Counted from the stretch's first letter, positions 1 to 13,811 are shown. The stretch is DNA of 64,000 nt from an uncultured Phycisphaerales bacterium (GCA_963755915.1 CAVWLP010000002.1:2752001-2816000), one strand, 5' to 3'. Notes: generated from the letters alone by a model not told the origin. Made by a program: numbers and translations.

Positions 1-165
1 CCGCAGCCTGTCAAACCCGGACCCTATTGCCCGGCGTGCGGATACTGTTTGATTGGATCGCCGAGACAGATTTGTGCGGAATGCGGGAGACCGTTTACGC
101 TGGAGGAACTGGGAATTACCGCCGAGGAATTAATCCCAAATTCGAAGGTCGCGGTCCGAGCTTGA
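1..165 (+). CDS. 3' end of a zinc-ribbon protein (partial)
   Basis: Frame 1 reads PQPVKPGPYCPACGYCLIGSPRQICAECGRPF...VRA*. The CxxCGYxLxG-CxECG motif also occurs in the ORF at 52016. Not in the ORF track. Confidence 0.7.
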   Translation, partial: PQPVKPGPYCPACGYCLIGSPRQICAECGRPFTLEELGITAEELIPNSKVAVRA

Positions 166-202
166 TTCGGAAGTCGGATTTCAGATTTGGGTCGAATTTC
201 GC
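137..202. repeat. Degenerate copy of heptamer IR family (family B)
   Basis: TTGATTCGGAAGTCGGATTTCAGATTTGGGTCGAATTTCG resembles the right arm of the other copies; lies between convergent genes. Confidence 0.45.
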
Positions 203-757
203 CTACGATCGGCTCAGATATTCCCCCGACTCCGTGCTGATTTTGATCTTCTCGCCAATCACAATAAATCCCGGCACGCGCGTCGTCAGGCCGGTTTCCA
301 GCTTGGCCTCTTTGAGCTGGTTTGTGGCCGTCGCCCCTTTGATCACCGGCGGCGTGTCCACGACTTCCAGGTCGACCGCCGCCGGCATCGTGTACGATAC
401 GATCTTCCCCTCATGAAACAGGGCGGTGAGCGGCGTGTTGGGCTTCAGGTAAAGAATATCGTCGCCGAAAACTTCCTTGGGAATCGTTGTCTGGTCGTAC
501 GTTTCCATGTCCATGACGATGTGCCCGTCGTTGTCGCTGTAGAGGTATTCGACCTGCCTGCTGTCGAGGGTTGTTGTCTCGATGTCGTCGGTGGCGCCCA
601 CGCGCTTGTCCTGAATGGTTCCCTTGGAGACGTCGCGCAGTTTGAACTGGACCTTGGCCCGGAGGTTGCCGGGCGTATTGTGATCGGCGTTGGTGACGAC
701 AAACAGTTTCCCGTCAATCAAGACGGCCTGACCGCGACGAATATCACTGGCGCGCAT
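203..757 (-). CDS. efp: Elongation factor P (Asn at loop tip, TPGNLR)
   Basis: 184 aa; DIRRG...IDG, TPGNLRAKVQ loop, EYLYSD, DMETYDQ, K-x-AKLETG, VPGFI, GEYLSR. Confidence 0.95.
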   Translation of the reverse strand: MRASDIRRGQAVLIDGKLFVVTNADHNTPGNLRAKVQFKLRDVSKGTIQDKRVGATDDIETTTLDSRQVEYLYSDNDGHIVMDMETYDQTTIPKEVFGDDILYLKPNTPLTALFHEGKIVSYTMPAAVDLEVVDTPPVIKGATATNQLKEAKLETGLTTRVPGFIVIGEKIKISTESGEYLSRS

Positions 758-838
758 AAAACATCCTTTTCAGCCTCAAATTTTAGGCACATTTCAGTCA
801 AAACAGGGGCGAGAATGTAACCGCGGAGAAGCAATGCG

Positions 839-2293
839 TCAAACCGGGGGGGAACCGCCGGAGCAGTAATCCCGCCACATCTGATGGTATGCCGCCTCCA
901 TATTTCGCGCAAAGAGCCCCCGATCCATCAGCGGACTTTGCACCATCCGCCGGCGGAGATTCTGGCGCAACTCCCGTCGCCCGGCGAAATCTTCCGCCAG
1001 CGCCAGCGCCTTGGCGATAAAATCCTCATCGCTTTCTCCGATGCACTGGCGAAGATCGAGCCGCGAAAGAATACTGGCCCCGGCACGCCCGGGCCCAGTC
1101 TCGCCAATTCGTGAAATCACGGGCACCCCCATCCAAAGGGCATCGCATGTGGTCGTGATTCCATTGTAAACCAGCGGATCAAGGCAGATATCGATTCGAT
1201 CATAGAGCCGAAGGTATTCTCGCCGCCGCTGCCTGCCGACGAATTCAATCCGTCCCGGATCGACGCCGGCGGCCGCGAATGTTTCCGCGATCGCTCCCCT
1301 TTGTTTCCGCGATTCCGCGAGCAGCACCAAGTTCGAGTCCGCCGCGGCTGCCAGCACTTTCGCCCACAATCCGAGCGTCGGCCGATTCAATTTGCATGGA
1401 TTGTTCAGCGAGCCGAACGTCACCGCTCCGGGCTCTCGCTCCGCGGCGGGGGGGAGATCGCCCAGCGGATGGTAGCAGCACCAGCCATTTGCGAGCCGGA
1501 GCGATTTCTCCGAATAATATGCGTCGACATTTGCGGCGTCGTCTCGCGGATCAATCACTTCGTCGGTAATGCGGTAATCGATCGCCCCCAGCCCTGTCCC
1601 GCCGGGATATGCCAGCCAGGTCGCCTGCACCGGGACCGGTTTCATGGCAAACATCGGCAGCCGATTGAACGCCATGTGCATGGTCAGATCGATGAGAATA
1701 TCGACCCGATCAGAGTTGATCTTCTGGGCGAGCTGCGAATCGGTGAGATCCTTCACGTCGTGCCAGACATCCGCGCAGTTGCGGATGATCTCCGTCGCCC
1801 GGTCGGGCGTGCGAACGCTGGAGTAAAGATGAATCTCGAAATTCTCGCGGTCGTGCGCCTGAAGCAGCGGGAGTACGAAGAAACATTCGGCGTGCCCGTA
1901 AAAGTCGGGCGACACATAGCCGATCTTCAGCCGCCGATCGGGCGAGCGCTCATTGCGATGCTCAAGCGGGGCCTTGCCTCCATTCCGATTGTCCCATTCA
2001 CGGCATTCCCGAAAAATTGCCGCGCGGTCATACCCCGGATGAAAATGCAACTTGTAACAAAGGCTGCTGTGGATTTCCGCATTCCCCGGCTCGAGGTCCA
2101 TCGCCTGCCGGCAAAGCTCCACCGCCTCTTCGATCCTGCCCGAATCCTTGAAGATATTGGCGAGATTATTGAGGATTGCCGCCTGCCGCGGACCCTCAGC
2201 CAGCATCTGCCGGTAAATTTCCTCCGCCTCATCGAGCCGCCCCTCGCGTTGAAAGCGCAGGGCATCGGCGAGGGTTTCCTGCTGGTCACGCAT
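839..2293 (-). CDS. TPR-containing GT41 (SPINDLY/OGT-like) glycosyltransferase
   Basis: N-terminal TPRs; RLKIGYVSPDF, DILIDL, PVQATWLAYPG, FGSLNN, DICLDP...YNGITTTCDALWMGVPV. Confidence 0.9.
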   Translation of the reverse strand: MRDQQETLADALRFQREGRLDEAEEIYRQMLAEGPRQAAILNNLANIFKDSGRIEEAVELCRQAMDLEPGNAEIHSSLCYKLHFHPGYDRAAIFRECREWDNRNGGKAPLEHRNERSPDRRLKIGYVSPDFYGHAECFFVLPLLQAHDRENFEIHLYSSVRTPDRATEIIRNCADVWHDVKDLTDSQLAQKINSDRVDILIDLTMHMAFNRLPMFAMKPVPVQATWLAYPGGTGLGAIDYRITDEVIDPRDDAANVDAYYSEKSLRLANGWCCYHPLGDLPPAAEREPGAVTFGSLNNPCKLNRPTLGLWAKVLAAAADSNLVLLAESRKQRGAIAETFAAAGVDPGRIEFVGRQRRREYLRLYDRIDICLDPLVYNGITTTCDALWMGVPVISRIGETGPGRAGASILSRLDLRQCIGESDEDFIAKALALAEDFAGRRELRQNLRRRMVQSPLMDRGLFARNMEAAYHQMWRDYCSGGSPPV

Positions 2294-4438
2294 TGGCGCT
2301 GCACCACTTCCGCCACATCTCGCGATACGCCGTCTCCATGTTCCGTGCGAACCCGCGCCCGTCCATCATCGGTGAAGATTTCATTTTTTCGCGCAGACTT
2401 GCCCGAAGCGCGGCCTGGCGCGGTAGATCGGCCGCCAGCTCCGAAACGATCTTCACGTACTCATCGGGCGAATGCGCGATCAGTTCCGGCATCCCCAGCG
2501 TGGACAGAATGCTCATCCCGGCCCTTCCGGCGGCGGTGTGACCGGCGAGCGTCACCACGGGCACGCCCATCCACAGCGCGTCGCAGGTGGTGGTGATACC
2601 GTTATAGGGCAGGGGGTCGAGGCAGATATCGATGCCATCATAGAGCCGGAGATATTCGGCGCGAACCCGCCGGGGGACGAATTCCAGGCGTTCGGGGACA
2701 ATTCCATTCTTTTCAAAAATCGCACGAATGCGGTTGCGATCGAGATCGCCAAACGCCTGGATCAGCAGCCGCGAACCCTCCACGGCGTTCATGACCCGCG
2801 CCCAGAGCGAGAGCAGCTGCTCGTTGTTCTTGCACGGATTATTGATCGATCCGAAACGGATCGGTCCCGGCGCCGTGCCGGCACGGGCGGCAAATCGATC
2901 ATCGAATCATAGCAGCACCAGCAGTTGGGCAATCGCCAGGATTCCTCGCGGTAATACGACGTGGGCTTGTCGGGGGGGTCCATGAACGAATCGGTGATGC
3001 GATAGTCCATCGCGTCCAGACCGGTTCCGCCGGGATATGCGAGCCAGGTTACCTGCACCGGCGCCGGTTTGCGGGCGAAAACCCCCAGGCGGTTGTGCGA
3101 CATGTGCATGGCCAGGTCGATCAGCACGTCGATCTTGTCGCGGCGAATTTGTTCGGCCACTTCAGCGTCGGGCCAACCGAGGACGTCGTGCCACACGTCG
3201 GCCGACTGTTTTTGTCGGGCGGTGAATTGATCGGGGCGGATGACGCTGGAATATAAATGAACTTCGACCTGCTGGCGGTCGTGATTCTCGATCAGCGGGG
3301 CGACGAAAAACGACTCCGCCTGCGAATAAAAATAGGCCGACACGTATCCGATCCGCAGCTTGCGATCGGGCGATCGGTCGTTTTCGTGCGGCCGGATGGA
3401 CTTCGCCAGCGGCAGGGCGTGGATGTCGTTCCATCTGCGCTGCTCGCGGAAGAGCCCTTCATCGTCGTATCCCGGGTGAAACTGAAGGGTGTAGACCATG
3501 TTGCTGTGAATGCCCGGCTCGCGCGGATTAATCGCCAGGGTGCGCCCGTAACAGGCGATGGTCTCGGCGATGTCTCCCGAATCCTTGTAGGCGTTGCCAA
3601 GGTTGTTGGTCGTGTCGACCATGTTGGGGCGGATCGAGAGGCATTTTTTGTAAACCGCGATGGCCTCATCGAGCCGGCCCTCTTCCCTCAGGGCAATTCC
3701 CAGATTGTTGTAGGGCTCAGGCATATTGGGGGAGAGCTGGATCGCCCGCTGAAGGATCTTGATCGCGTCGGCGCGTTTTCCCATCATGCGCAGCGCCGAG
3801 CCGAGGTTCGAAAGGGCGGCGGGAAAATCGGGCGCATTTTCAGCGCTTCCTGATAGGCGGCCACGGCGTCCGCCAGTCGCATTTTCGCCGCCAGCACGCT
3901 TCCGAGATTATTTTGCGCATCAGGCATCCGGGGCTGAATGATGAGAGCCCGGTGCAGGTGTGCCTCGGCTTCGTCGAGCTGTCCCTTGCGGTGCAGCGCA
4001 GCCGAGGTTCTGATGGGCATCGGCGAAATCCGGGCGGATGACCAGCGCGGCGCGATATTTCTCGACCGCCGCGTCGAGATTTCCGCGGCCGATGAATTGA
4101 TTGCCGAGGTCGAAAAAAGCCTGCCAGTTTTTCGGATTCACCGCGACCGTGCGCGCCAGCGCGGCGACGGCATCGTCGTTTCGCCCCATCTGCGCAAAGA
4201 CCAGCGCGAGGTTTCGATGGTAATCCGAATTGTTCGGATTGACGGCGATGGCACGCTGGATCAATTCGATCGCGCTGGGCTGCCTTCCCGACTGATGCTC
4301 GGCGATCCCCAGAAGAAAAAGCGCGTCGGCATTTTGCGGCTGCTGGGCAAGAACCTGCCGTAATAGCGGGATCGCGTCGCCGACTCTGTTCGCCTTCAAG
4401 TGTGCAAGGCCGTTTTCTAGCTGCTGTTGAGTGGTCAT
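2286..4438 (-). CDS. TPR-containing GT41 glycosyltransferase, longer TPR array (frameshifted)
   Basis: ORF pieces 3920-4438, 3784-4020, 2789-3787 and 2286-2792 join into TPRs plus the same GT41 motifs. Confidence 0.85.
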
Positions 4439-4519
4439 GTCGCTGAATCTACTTAAAAATGCGTCAAAAATTTCCGCCGTTACAATCACCGGACACAACC
4501 ATGAAAGGAGATTTTTTAC

Positions 4520-5560
4520 ATGGTTATCGGAACCAAACGCTATTCGTCCCGGCACATAATTTCGCTGATTATTCTCTTCCTGGCAACCGGGACGGCCGTT
4601 GCCTCGGCCGATCAGGTCGTTTTGAAGAATGGTGACCGCATTACCGGCACAATCCAGACCGCAGATGGTGGGAAACTTACCATCCTCTCGCCCATCGCGG
4701 GAACGATCACCGTCAAACTCAGCGATGTTAAGACATTTTTCACTGATGAGCCCATCAAAATCGTGCTTCAGGATGGAACCGTCATCAATCAGCCAGTGAC
4801 CATGGGCGCCGACGGCACCTTTGAAACGGCCGCCACGGGTTCGCTGGCCGTCCAGTCCATCCCCATCAGTAAGATCGAAAAAGTTAATCCTCCGCCGATC
4901 GCGTGGAACGGCTCACTGGTGGTCAACGGCTCGCTGAACCAGGGCAATACGTATAGCGAGGCGCTGGGCGCAACGCTTGGCCTCTTGCGCCGAGGCGTCA
5001 ACGACCGAATTCAGTTTGACGGCCAATACCTCTTCGGGAAGACGAAGCAAAACGGCGTCACCTCCACATCCACCGACCAGTGGTTTATCCAGCCTGCCTA
5101 CAGCTATTTCTTCACCCCGCACTTTTACGCCAATGCCAACGTGCGCGTCGAGAAGAATCGCATCCTCAATCTGGATGTCCGGCTGACGCCCGCGCTCAGC
5201 GCCGGCTATCAGTTCGTCGAACAGCCGGACTTCAACGCCGATGTCGAGGGTGGTATCGCCTGGGTGTACGAAGATTACACCAACATCGGGACGCCGGATG
5301 AAAACGTCTCGCTTCGGCTTGCGTATCATGTCGACAAAACCCTGTGGGACAAGGTGAAGCTCTTCAGCGACTTGGCTTATTTTCCGTCGATTCAGAATGC
5401 CAAGGATTTTCTCGTGCTCTTTGATGCGGGGATCAGGGTTGCGCTGACGAAGACGATGTTTTCGGAATTTCGCGGGGAGGCTGATTATGATTCGCATCCT
5501 GCGCCGGGGAGCGTTCGAACGCAGACGCAGTTGCTGCTGGGGGTGGGATGGACGTTTTGA
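4520..5560 (+). CDS. DUF481/YdiY-like outer-membrane beta-barrel protein
   Basis: Signal peptide, DQVVLKNGDRITG N-domain, amphipathic strands, C-terminal GVGWTF. Confidence 0.8.
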   Translation: MVIGTKRYSSRHIISLIILFLATGTAVASADQVVLKNGDRITGTIQTADGGKLTILSPIAGTITVKLSDVKTFFTDEPIKIVLQDGTVINQPVTMGADGTFETAATGSLAVQSIPISKIEKVNPPPIAWNGSLVVNGSLNQGNTYSEALGATLGLLRRGVNDRIQFDGQYLFGKTKQNGVTSTSTDQWFIQPAYSYFFTPHFYANANVRVEKNRILNLDVRLTPALSAGYQFVEQPDFNADVEGGIAWVYEDYTNIGTPDENVSLRLAYHVDKTLWDKVKLFSDLAYFPSIQNAKDFLVLFDAGIRVALTKTMFSEFRGEADYDSHPAPGSVRTQTQLLLGVGWTF

Positions 5561-5570
5561 GTAAAACTTC

Positions 5571-5689
5571 CCCCCTCTTCCAGTACTCTGGGAAAGGGCG
5601 GGGGTGAGGGCCTACAAAAATATCGACCGTTGTACAATCCGTAAGATCCCGTCTACCCTCACCCTCTCCCAGAGTACTGGGAGAGGGGA
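5571..5689. repeat. Inverted pair of REP-like palindromes (family A)
   Basis: CCCTCACCCTCTCCCAG-AGTA-CTGGGAGAGGGG (5656-5689) and a reverse-oriented copy (5571-5612), between convergent genes. Confidence 0.8.
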
Positions 5690-5728
5690 AAAGGCTTTGC
5701 ACGTCGTGATCGATCACGCTTTTCGCGT

Positions 5729-8516
<2,788 letters not shown>

Positions 8517-8566
8517 TTATTAACCTGTAGGAAAGCAGCGAATCATATGCGCCGCAAGCAGGCGCC

Positions 8567-10017
8567 TCAAGGCGTCGAGCGTTCGTAGGGATAGACGTCG
8601 ACAGATATTGCCGGATCTGTCGGCGTCAGCCAGCGGTCTCGCACCACGAGGCGCCGAATCGGACGCGGGCCGGGAGGGGGGGAATCAGCAGCAGCAGCTC
8701 GCGCGGGGTCATCGGATATGTGTACCACTCCGACGCCAGTATCTGTAGGGACGACTGGGGAGAATATTTTTCAATTTCTTTTATGACGGATATCTGCTGG
8801 GAAAGGGAGGCGCCGAAATCCGAGCCCATCGCTCCGCTGTCGCGGTGGAGGATGAACATCGATATTCCCAGAACGGCGAGCAATGAACCGGCGTAAACAG
8901 CGATGGGGATGCCAATCGTGAGGGCTGGTTTGGGGATCCGGATTCGCAATGCCTCGACGGCGTACCAGGCGAGGATCACGTAGCAGACCCAGGTGGCGTT
9001 GAAATAGTGGCTCAAGGGCATGGTTCGCTCGGCGGCGTCGAGGACTCCCTGACAGACGGCGGTGATTACCGAGAGCAAGGCGAGTTGATCGGCGGTGGTA
9101 AAGGGCTCGCGCCGGCGGACGCTGCGGCGATATCGGACAACGACTAAAACCATGCCGGCCCAGACGGCGGGATAGGGCATGAGAGAGATCGCCTGAAAGA
9201 CGGAAAGAATCGCCGGGGCTTCTTTGTGGACGGTGGGAAGCCAGTCGAAACCGGCGGCGAGATGATGGCCGCCGAGGAGGGGGAACCACCAGCTTAGCGA
9301 TCCGCTGACGGCGACGGTCATGACGGGGGCGGCGGCGTGCAGGGCGGCATGGAAATAGATGGCGAAGAGGGCGAGCCAGACGATGCCGACGGCGGCAAGC
9401 GTGGAGCGAAATCGTTTCAACGAGTTGCGTTGAAAGAGAAACGCGTGGAGGGCAACGCCGCCGATCATCGCGACGGACATGAGGTGGATGAGGGTCATGG
9501 CGCCGAGGCAGGACGCCGCGAGGGCCAGGGGCCAGCGGCGGCGGGTTTCGATGAAATCGCCATAGCCTGCGACCGCCAGGGCGGAGAGGGGAATGCAGAA
9601 GGTGTTGTCCCAAATCTCACGGCTGTAGAGCCACAGCCAGGGGGAGAGCATTGAGAGGGGCACGTACCAAGGGCTAAGGCGCATGACGCGGGTGAGCCAT
9701 AGAAGGGCGGCGGCGGTGGTTGTTTCGAAGATGAGGGAGCGCATCGAAACGACGGCGACGGGATTGTGTGAGAAGACGAGCAGGGCCTGGTAAAACCAGA
9801 TGGGGAACGGGCCGTAAGGTAAGCCGCGTGTGCCCAGGGTGCCGATGGTGGCGATGGTGAAGGGGAGTGAAATTCCAAGAAAATGGGAGGGGGTGGCGTT
9901 GAGCTGCGCGGCGGAGCCGAGAAGGGTGGCCATCTCGGCGATAAAGGGAACGTCGCCGGGGAAGACGAAGGCGGTGAAGGCGATGATGACGGCGGTGGCC
10001 ACAATCGGGCCGGCCAT
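8567..10017 (-). CDS. Polytopic membrane glycosyltransferase (GT-C/ArnT-PMT-like), paralog 1
   Basis: GTRGLPYGP, SPWLWLYSREIWDN, many TM segments. A shift in the G-run at ~8675 restores the tail PGPRPIRRLVVRDR...STP* (stop 8567), which matches the paralog. Confidence 0.65.
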
Positions 10018-10125
10018 TTCAGACAATCTTGAGCGGGGTATCAACGGCCCCAATTTAACCAGCGATTGGCAAGGCTTAAAGTCCCGCGGTTATCGCGGGG
10101 GATGCGGCGCTTATTTGTGATGGGA

Positions 10126-10165
10126 CCCCCACCCCAACCCTCCCCCGGAGTACCAGGGGAGGGGA
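10126..10165 (+). repeat. REP-like palindrome (family A)
   Basis: CCCCCACCCCAACCCTCCCCCGG-AGTA-CCAGGGGAGGGG. Confidence 0.8.
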
Positions 10166-10199
10166 AAAATGCGCGGGAACCAAGAAGAAGAGTCACACC

Positions 10200-10970
10200 C
10201 TATCGCGGGCCGCAGCCGGGCGCTACGAACAGATTTGGCAACTGCTGGAGCGGGGGGCCGGAATCATCGGAGACGACCACGAATCCCCAGCCGGAATTGT
10301 TCCAGGATGAGATGTTAAGGCCACCGGCGGAGCGCGAGCTTTTTTCAGTGCCGGTGCCTGGGGCGGGCCATTCGGAGACCTGGGATAGATGTGAGCCGTT
10401 GCGATAGATCAGCGTTGCGACCTGCACGCCGGCGAAATGATCCACCCTTGCGCCGGCGAGGGTGTAGCCCGGCGGGGGCGTGGTTGGCGGGAAGGGGGCG
10501 AAGTTTAGCTTGCCGGTGAACCAGGCGAAGACGGTTTTGGGATCTGATGAGGCTACGTCGACGACCGGCGCTGTTTGGGGGGATTGCTGATATCGCGCGA
10601 CCGCGTCGTTTTCTACGCGTTGGCGCTGTGTGGGCCAGAGCATGAAGGTGATCGCGAGGATCGCGGCAACGCCGGTCAACCCTGCGGCAAAAGCGATCCA
10701 CTTGGGGCGCAGAATTCGGGCGGCGGGTTTGGTGGCGGGGGGATCGACGGCTTTGTCGAGCAGGGAATTCACGCGTTTGAGGAGGGCGCCGGGGGCGTTG
10801 AATTTCAGGCCGTCGGTGAGCATGGCGGCTTTGAGCGCGGCGATGCTTTGCAGTGCCTGGTTGCAGTGGGGGCAGTCGTTGATGTGGCGCTCGGCCTGGG
10901 CGCGCTGGGCGGCGTCAAGCTCGCCGTCGGAATATGCGGAGATCAGATCCATGGCTTCTTTACATTCCAT
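10200..10970 (-). CDS. Zinc-finger (ZAS) transmembrane anti-sigma factor
   Basis: MECKE...SAYSDGEL...HINDCPHC, one TM helix, periplasmic domain; directly follows an ECF sigma. Confidence 0.9.
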   Translation of the reverse strand: MECKEAMDLISAYSDGELDAAQRAQAERHINDCPHCNQALQSIAALKAAMLTDGLKFNAPGALLKRVNSLLDKAVDPPATKPAARILRPKWIAFAAGLTGVAAILAITFMLWPTQRQRVENDAVARYQQSPQTAPVVDVASSDPKTVFAWFTGKLNFAPFPPTTPPPGYTLAGARVDHFAGVQVATLIYRNGSHLSQVSEWPAPGTGTEKSSRSAGGLNISSWNNSGWGFVVVSDDSGPPLQQLPNLFVAPGCGPR

Positions 10971-10976
10971 GGGACG

Positions 10977-11497
10977 TCACCTCGCCCCTTTCTCGGCACA
11001 GAGCTTCATGGCCAGACGGCGGCGGCCGCGCGAGAGGCGGGACATGACTGTGCCGATCGGGACGGCGGCGATCTCGGAGATCTGGCGGTAGGACATGCCT
11101 TGAAGGTCTTTGAGCACAATGGCCTCTCGAAACTCTATCGGCAGTTCCTCGATGGCGGCCCGCAACTGCTGGGAATCGATAGTGCGGGAGAGCTCAGCAA
11201 AGGGATCGGGGACGTCGGACTCGACGGCGGCGATGTCGGCGTCGACTTCGACGGTCGAGACGTTATGGCGGCGTCGTTTGAGCCAGGTGTAGCAGGTGTT
11301 GCGCACGATGGTGAGGAGCCATGCGCGTCCGTCTTCACCGCGGAAATTTTCGAAACCCCGCAAAGCCCGCAAGCATGCCTCCTGCACCACGTCCTCAGCA
11401 TCGTGCCGATCACGGGTCAGCCATCGCGCCAAGCTGTACGCCTCATCGAGATGACGAAGCCCTGCTGCCGAAAGCGGTTGACTAACTCAGGATCCAC
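10977..11497 (-). CDS. ECF sigma-70 factor (N-terminal frameshift)
   Basis: DAEDVVQEA, AWLLTIVRN, FREAIVL...SYRQI...GTVMSRLSRGR; GTG at 11497 with upstream GGAG. Confidence 0.9.
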
Positions 11498-11571
11498 AAA
11501 TGCTGCTCCATCTTATATTTATTTGACTCTTTGTGTCGCCCGCGTATTCCCGACCAATAATCGCCGTATTC

Positions 11572-13076
11572 TTAAGGTGAAGGGGGCGATATCGGATCGG
11601 GCTGGATGACAATTCCCGGATCACCGGGAAAACGGTTCCGGTCGCGAGCATAGAGGCGTCGCATGGGTCTGGGCCCGTCGGGCGGTGGTAACAGGGTCAG
11701 CAATACCCGCGGCGTTGTGGGATAAACGAGCCATTCCGAACATTCAATAACCAAGGGGGAACTGGGTGAAAACTGCAGGATATCATGGGCTGCCGCGATT
11801 TGGTTATTCAGGGTTGCTCCATATTCCCTGGTCAGAATTCCATCGTCGCGGTGGACGATGAAAATGGTTACGCCAAGAACGGTGGCGACGGAGGCGATAT
11901 ACGCCGTCAAGGGGATGCCGAGGAGGATGCCGGGCGCTTCAGTTTCCCTGCCAGTGCGTCGACGGCATACCACGCAAGCACGACATAGACGATCCAGGTT
12001 GCATTGAAGAAATGGGCGAAGGGTTCGAGCTTGGCGGCGGCGTCGAGGAAGCCCTGGCAGAGCGCCACGGCAAGCGCGAGAAGCAAAAGATGATCCGGGA
12101 GGGAAAGCTCGCGTCTGGATTGAATCGCCTTGGTGAGTTTGAAGATTGCCAAAACCATTCCGCCCCAAACCGCCAGGTGGGGCAGAAGAGAGATCGTCTG
12201 GCAAAGCTTGATGATCGGCGGCAATTTTTGCATCGCATCGGGAAACCAATCGAACCCCGCGGCCAAATGATGCCCGCCCAGGAGCGGGAGCCACCAGGTG
12301 CGATTGCTGGAGACGTCCTTGAAATGATGAAACTGGAGAGAATGTCTTATCGAGGCGAAATAGAACGGGAGGACGGCAAGCCAGGGCGCGGCGATTGCCA
12401 GGAGCGCCCAGGCAAATTTTTTTATCTGGGGACGCTGGAAGCAAACGGCGTGGAGAATCATGGGGACGATCAGGGCGAGCGACATGAAATGAACCAACGT
12501 CAGCGCCTCGAGGGATGCGGCGGCGGTAAGCAGGGGGCCGCGGCGGCGGGTTGCCAAAAAACTTGCGTAGGCGGCGATTGCGAGGGCGGATAAGGGGATG
12601 CAGAAGCTGTTGTCCCAGGGCTTGCGGCTTAGAAGCCACAACCAGGGGGACAACATCGAAAGGGGAGCGTACCAGGGGCTGAGGCGCATCGTGCGGGCCA
12701 GCCAAAGGAGGGCGAGGGCGGTTGATCCGCTGACGAGGGCGGCGCGCATCGAAACGATGGCGACGGGATTATGGGTGAGGGAGAGGAGGAGTTGGTAGAT
12801 CCAGACGGGCAGGGGGCCGTAGGCGACGCCGCGGGTGCCCTGAAGGCCGCGTGCCGCCGGGGTGAAGGGGAGCGAAATGCCTAAGATCCTGAAGGGCGTA
12901 TGGTTTGCGAGGAGGGCATCGCCGAGGAGCATCGGTTCATCGCGTAAAAAAGGAACGTCTCCCGGAAAGACAAAGGCGGTGAAAGAGACGATCGCAACCA
13001 GTGCGGCAACGGGGGCGGCTTTGATTGCGAGGTGGGTCGAAGTAGGCGCGTTTTGCGCTGGGTCGGTGAGATTCAT
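11572..13076 (-). CDS. Polytopic membrane glycosyltransferase (GT-C-like), paralog 2 (frameshift ~11920)
   Basis: FVFPGDVPFLRDE, GTRGVAYGP, SPWLWLLSRKPWDN, LLGGHHLAAGFDW shared with paralog 1. Confidence 0.65.
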
Positions 13077-13077
13077 T

Positions 13078-13104
13078 TTGTCGGGTCCGGATGACGAGTA
13101 TAAT
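13078..13104 (+). promoter_or_regulatory. Putative sigma-70 promoter of rnpB
   Basis: TATAAT at 13099-13104, 8 nt before rnpB; TTGTCG at 13078-13083 (short 15-nt spacer). Confidence 0.55.
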
Positions 13105-13112
13105 GTCAAACT

Positions 13113-13512
13113 GCGGCCGCAGTGGCGATCGCGCCGGACCGTGAGGTTCGGTGAGGAAAGTCCGAACTGCGATCGGGCTCGGTGCTTGATAACATCAAGG
13201 CGGAGAAATCCGACGGAAAGTGCAACAGAAAGATACCGCCCTGAGCGAGAGGCGCAAGCCTCGAGTCGAAGGGTAAGGGTGAAATGGTGCGGTAAGAGCG
13301 CACCGCATCGGTGGTGACACCGATGGCACGGCAAACCCCACCGGCAGCAAGGCCAAATAAGCGGGCAGTCCTGAGCCCAGGACGAGCCGGGCAACCGGCA
13401 GACCCGCGGGTAGGCTGCTTGAGGCGGATGGCAACATCCGTCCCAGAGAAATGATCGCCTCCGGCGCATTTTGTTTCGCGTCGGAAACAGAACTCGGCTT
13501 ACACGCGGCCGC
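13113..13512 (+). ncRNA. rnpB: RNase P RNA, class A
   Basis: GAGGAAAGTCC, GGAAAGTGCAACAGAAA, GGTAAGAGCGCACC, GGCAAACCCCA, ACAGAACTCGGCTTA; terminal P1 GCGGCCGC pairing. Confidence 0.97.
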
Positions 13513-13520
13513 AATGTACA

Positions 13521-13564
13521 CGCCGGCGTCGCGTCGAATGACGCGGCGCCGGCGCCATTTTTTT
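13521..13564 (+). terminator. Intrinsic terminator after rnpB
   Basis: CGCCGGCGTCGCGTC-GAAT-GACGCGGCGCCGGCG hairpin followed by a T7 run. Confidence 0.75.
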
Positions 13565-13811
13565 GAGGGAGGGGAGATCGGACAGAATCTGACAGTATCG
13601 GACACTTTTTGAGTTTTGTTAGTTTGTGCTAGTTTATTGGGCGGTTGTAAGATTTGATGTGAAAATTGGTTGCGGGGGGTTTGTGGTTCGATGGAAGTTC
13701 CCCACGGCGGCGCCGTGGGCGTTCGGGGATTGAAATGATGCAGAGCTAGTGCAATTGCTTTTGCGCTGGAAGGGTGCGAAAGACCCCCTCCCTAGCCCTC
13801 CCCCGGGAATA

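Noticed and set aside
11907-13605. N-terminal extension of the 535-aa ORF and other ORFs over 13077-13605
   Set aside because: They overlap rnpB; the paralog comparison supports a start near 13076.
13701-13720. Palindrome CCCACGGCGGCGCCGTGGG and half-site GCCCACGGCTTTAG (~48382) as a RAYT/IS200-type REP
   Set aside because: Too short and too few copies; no HUH transposase in the window.
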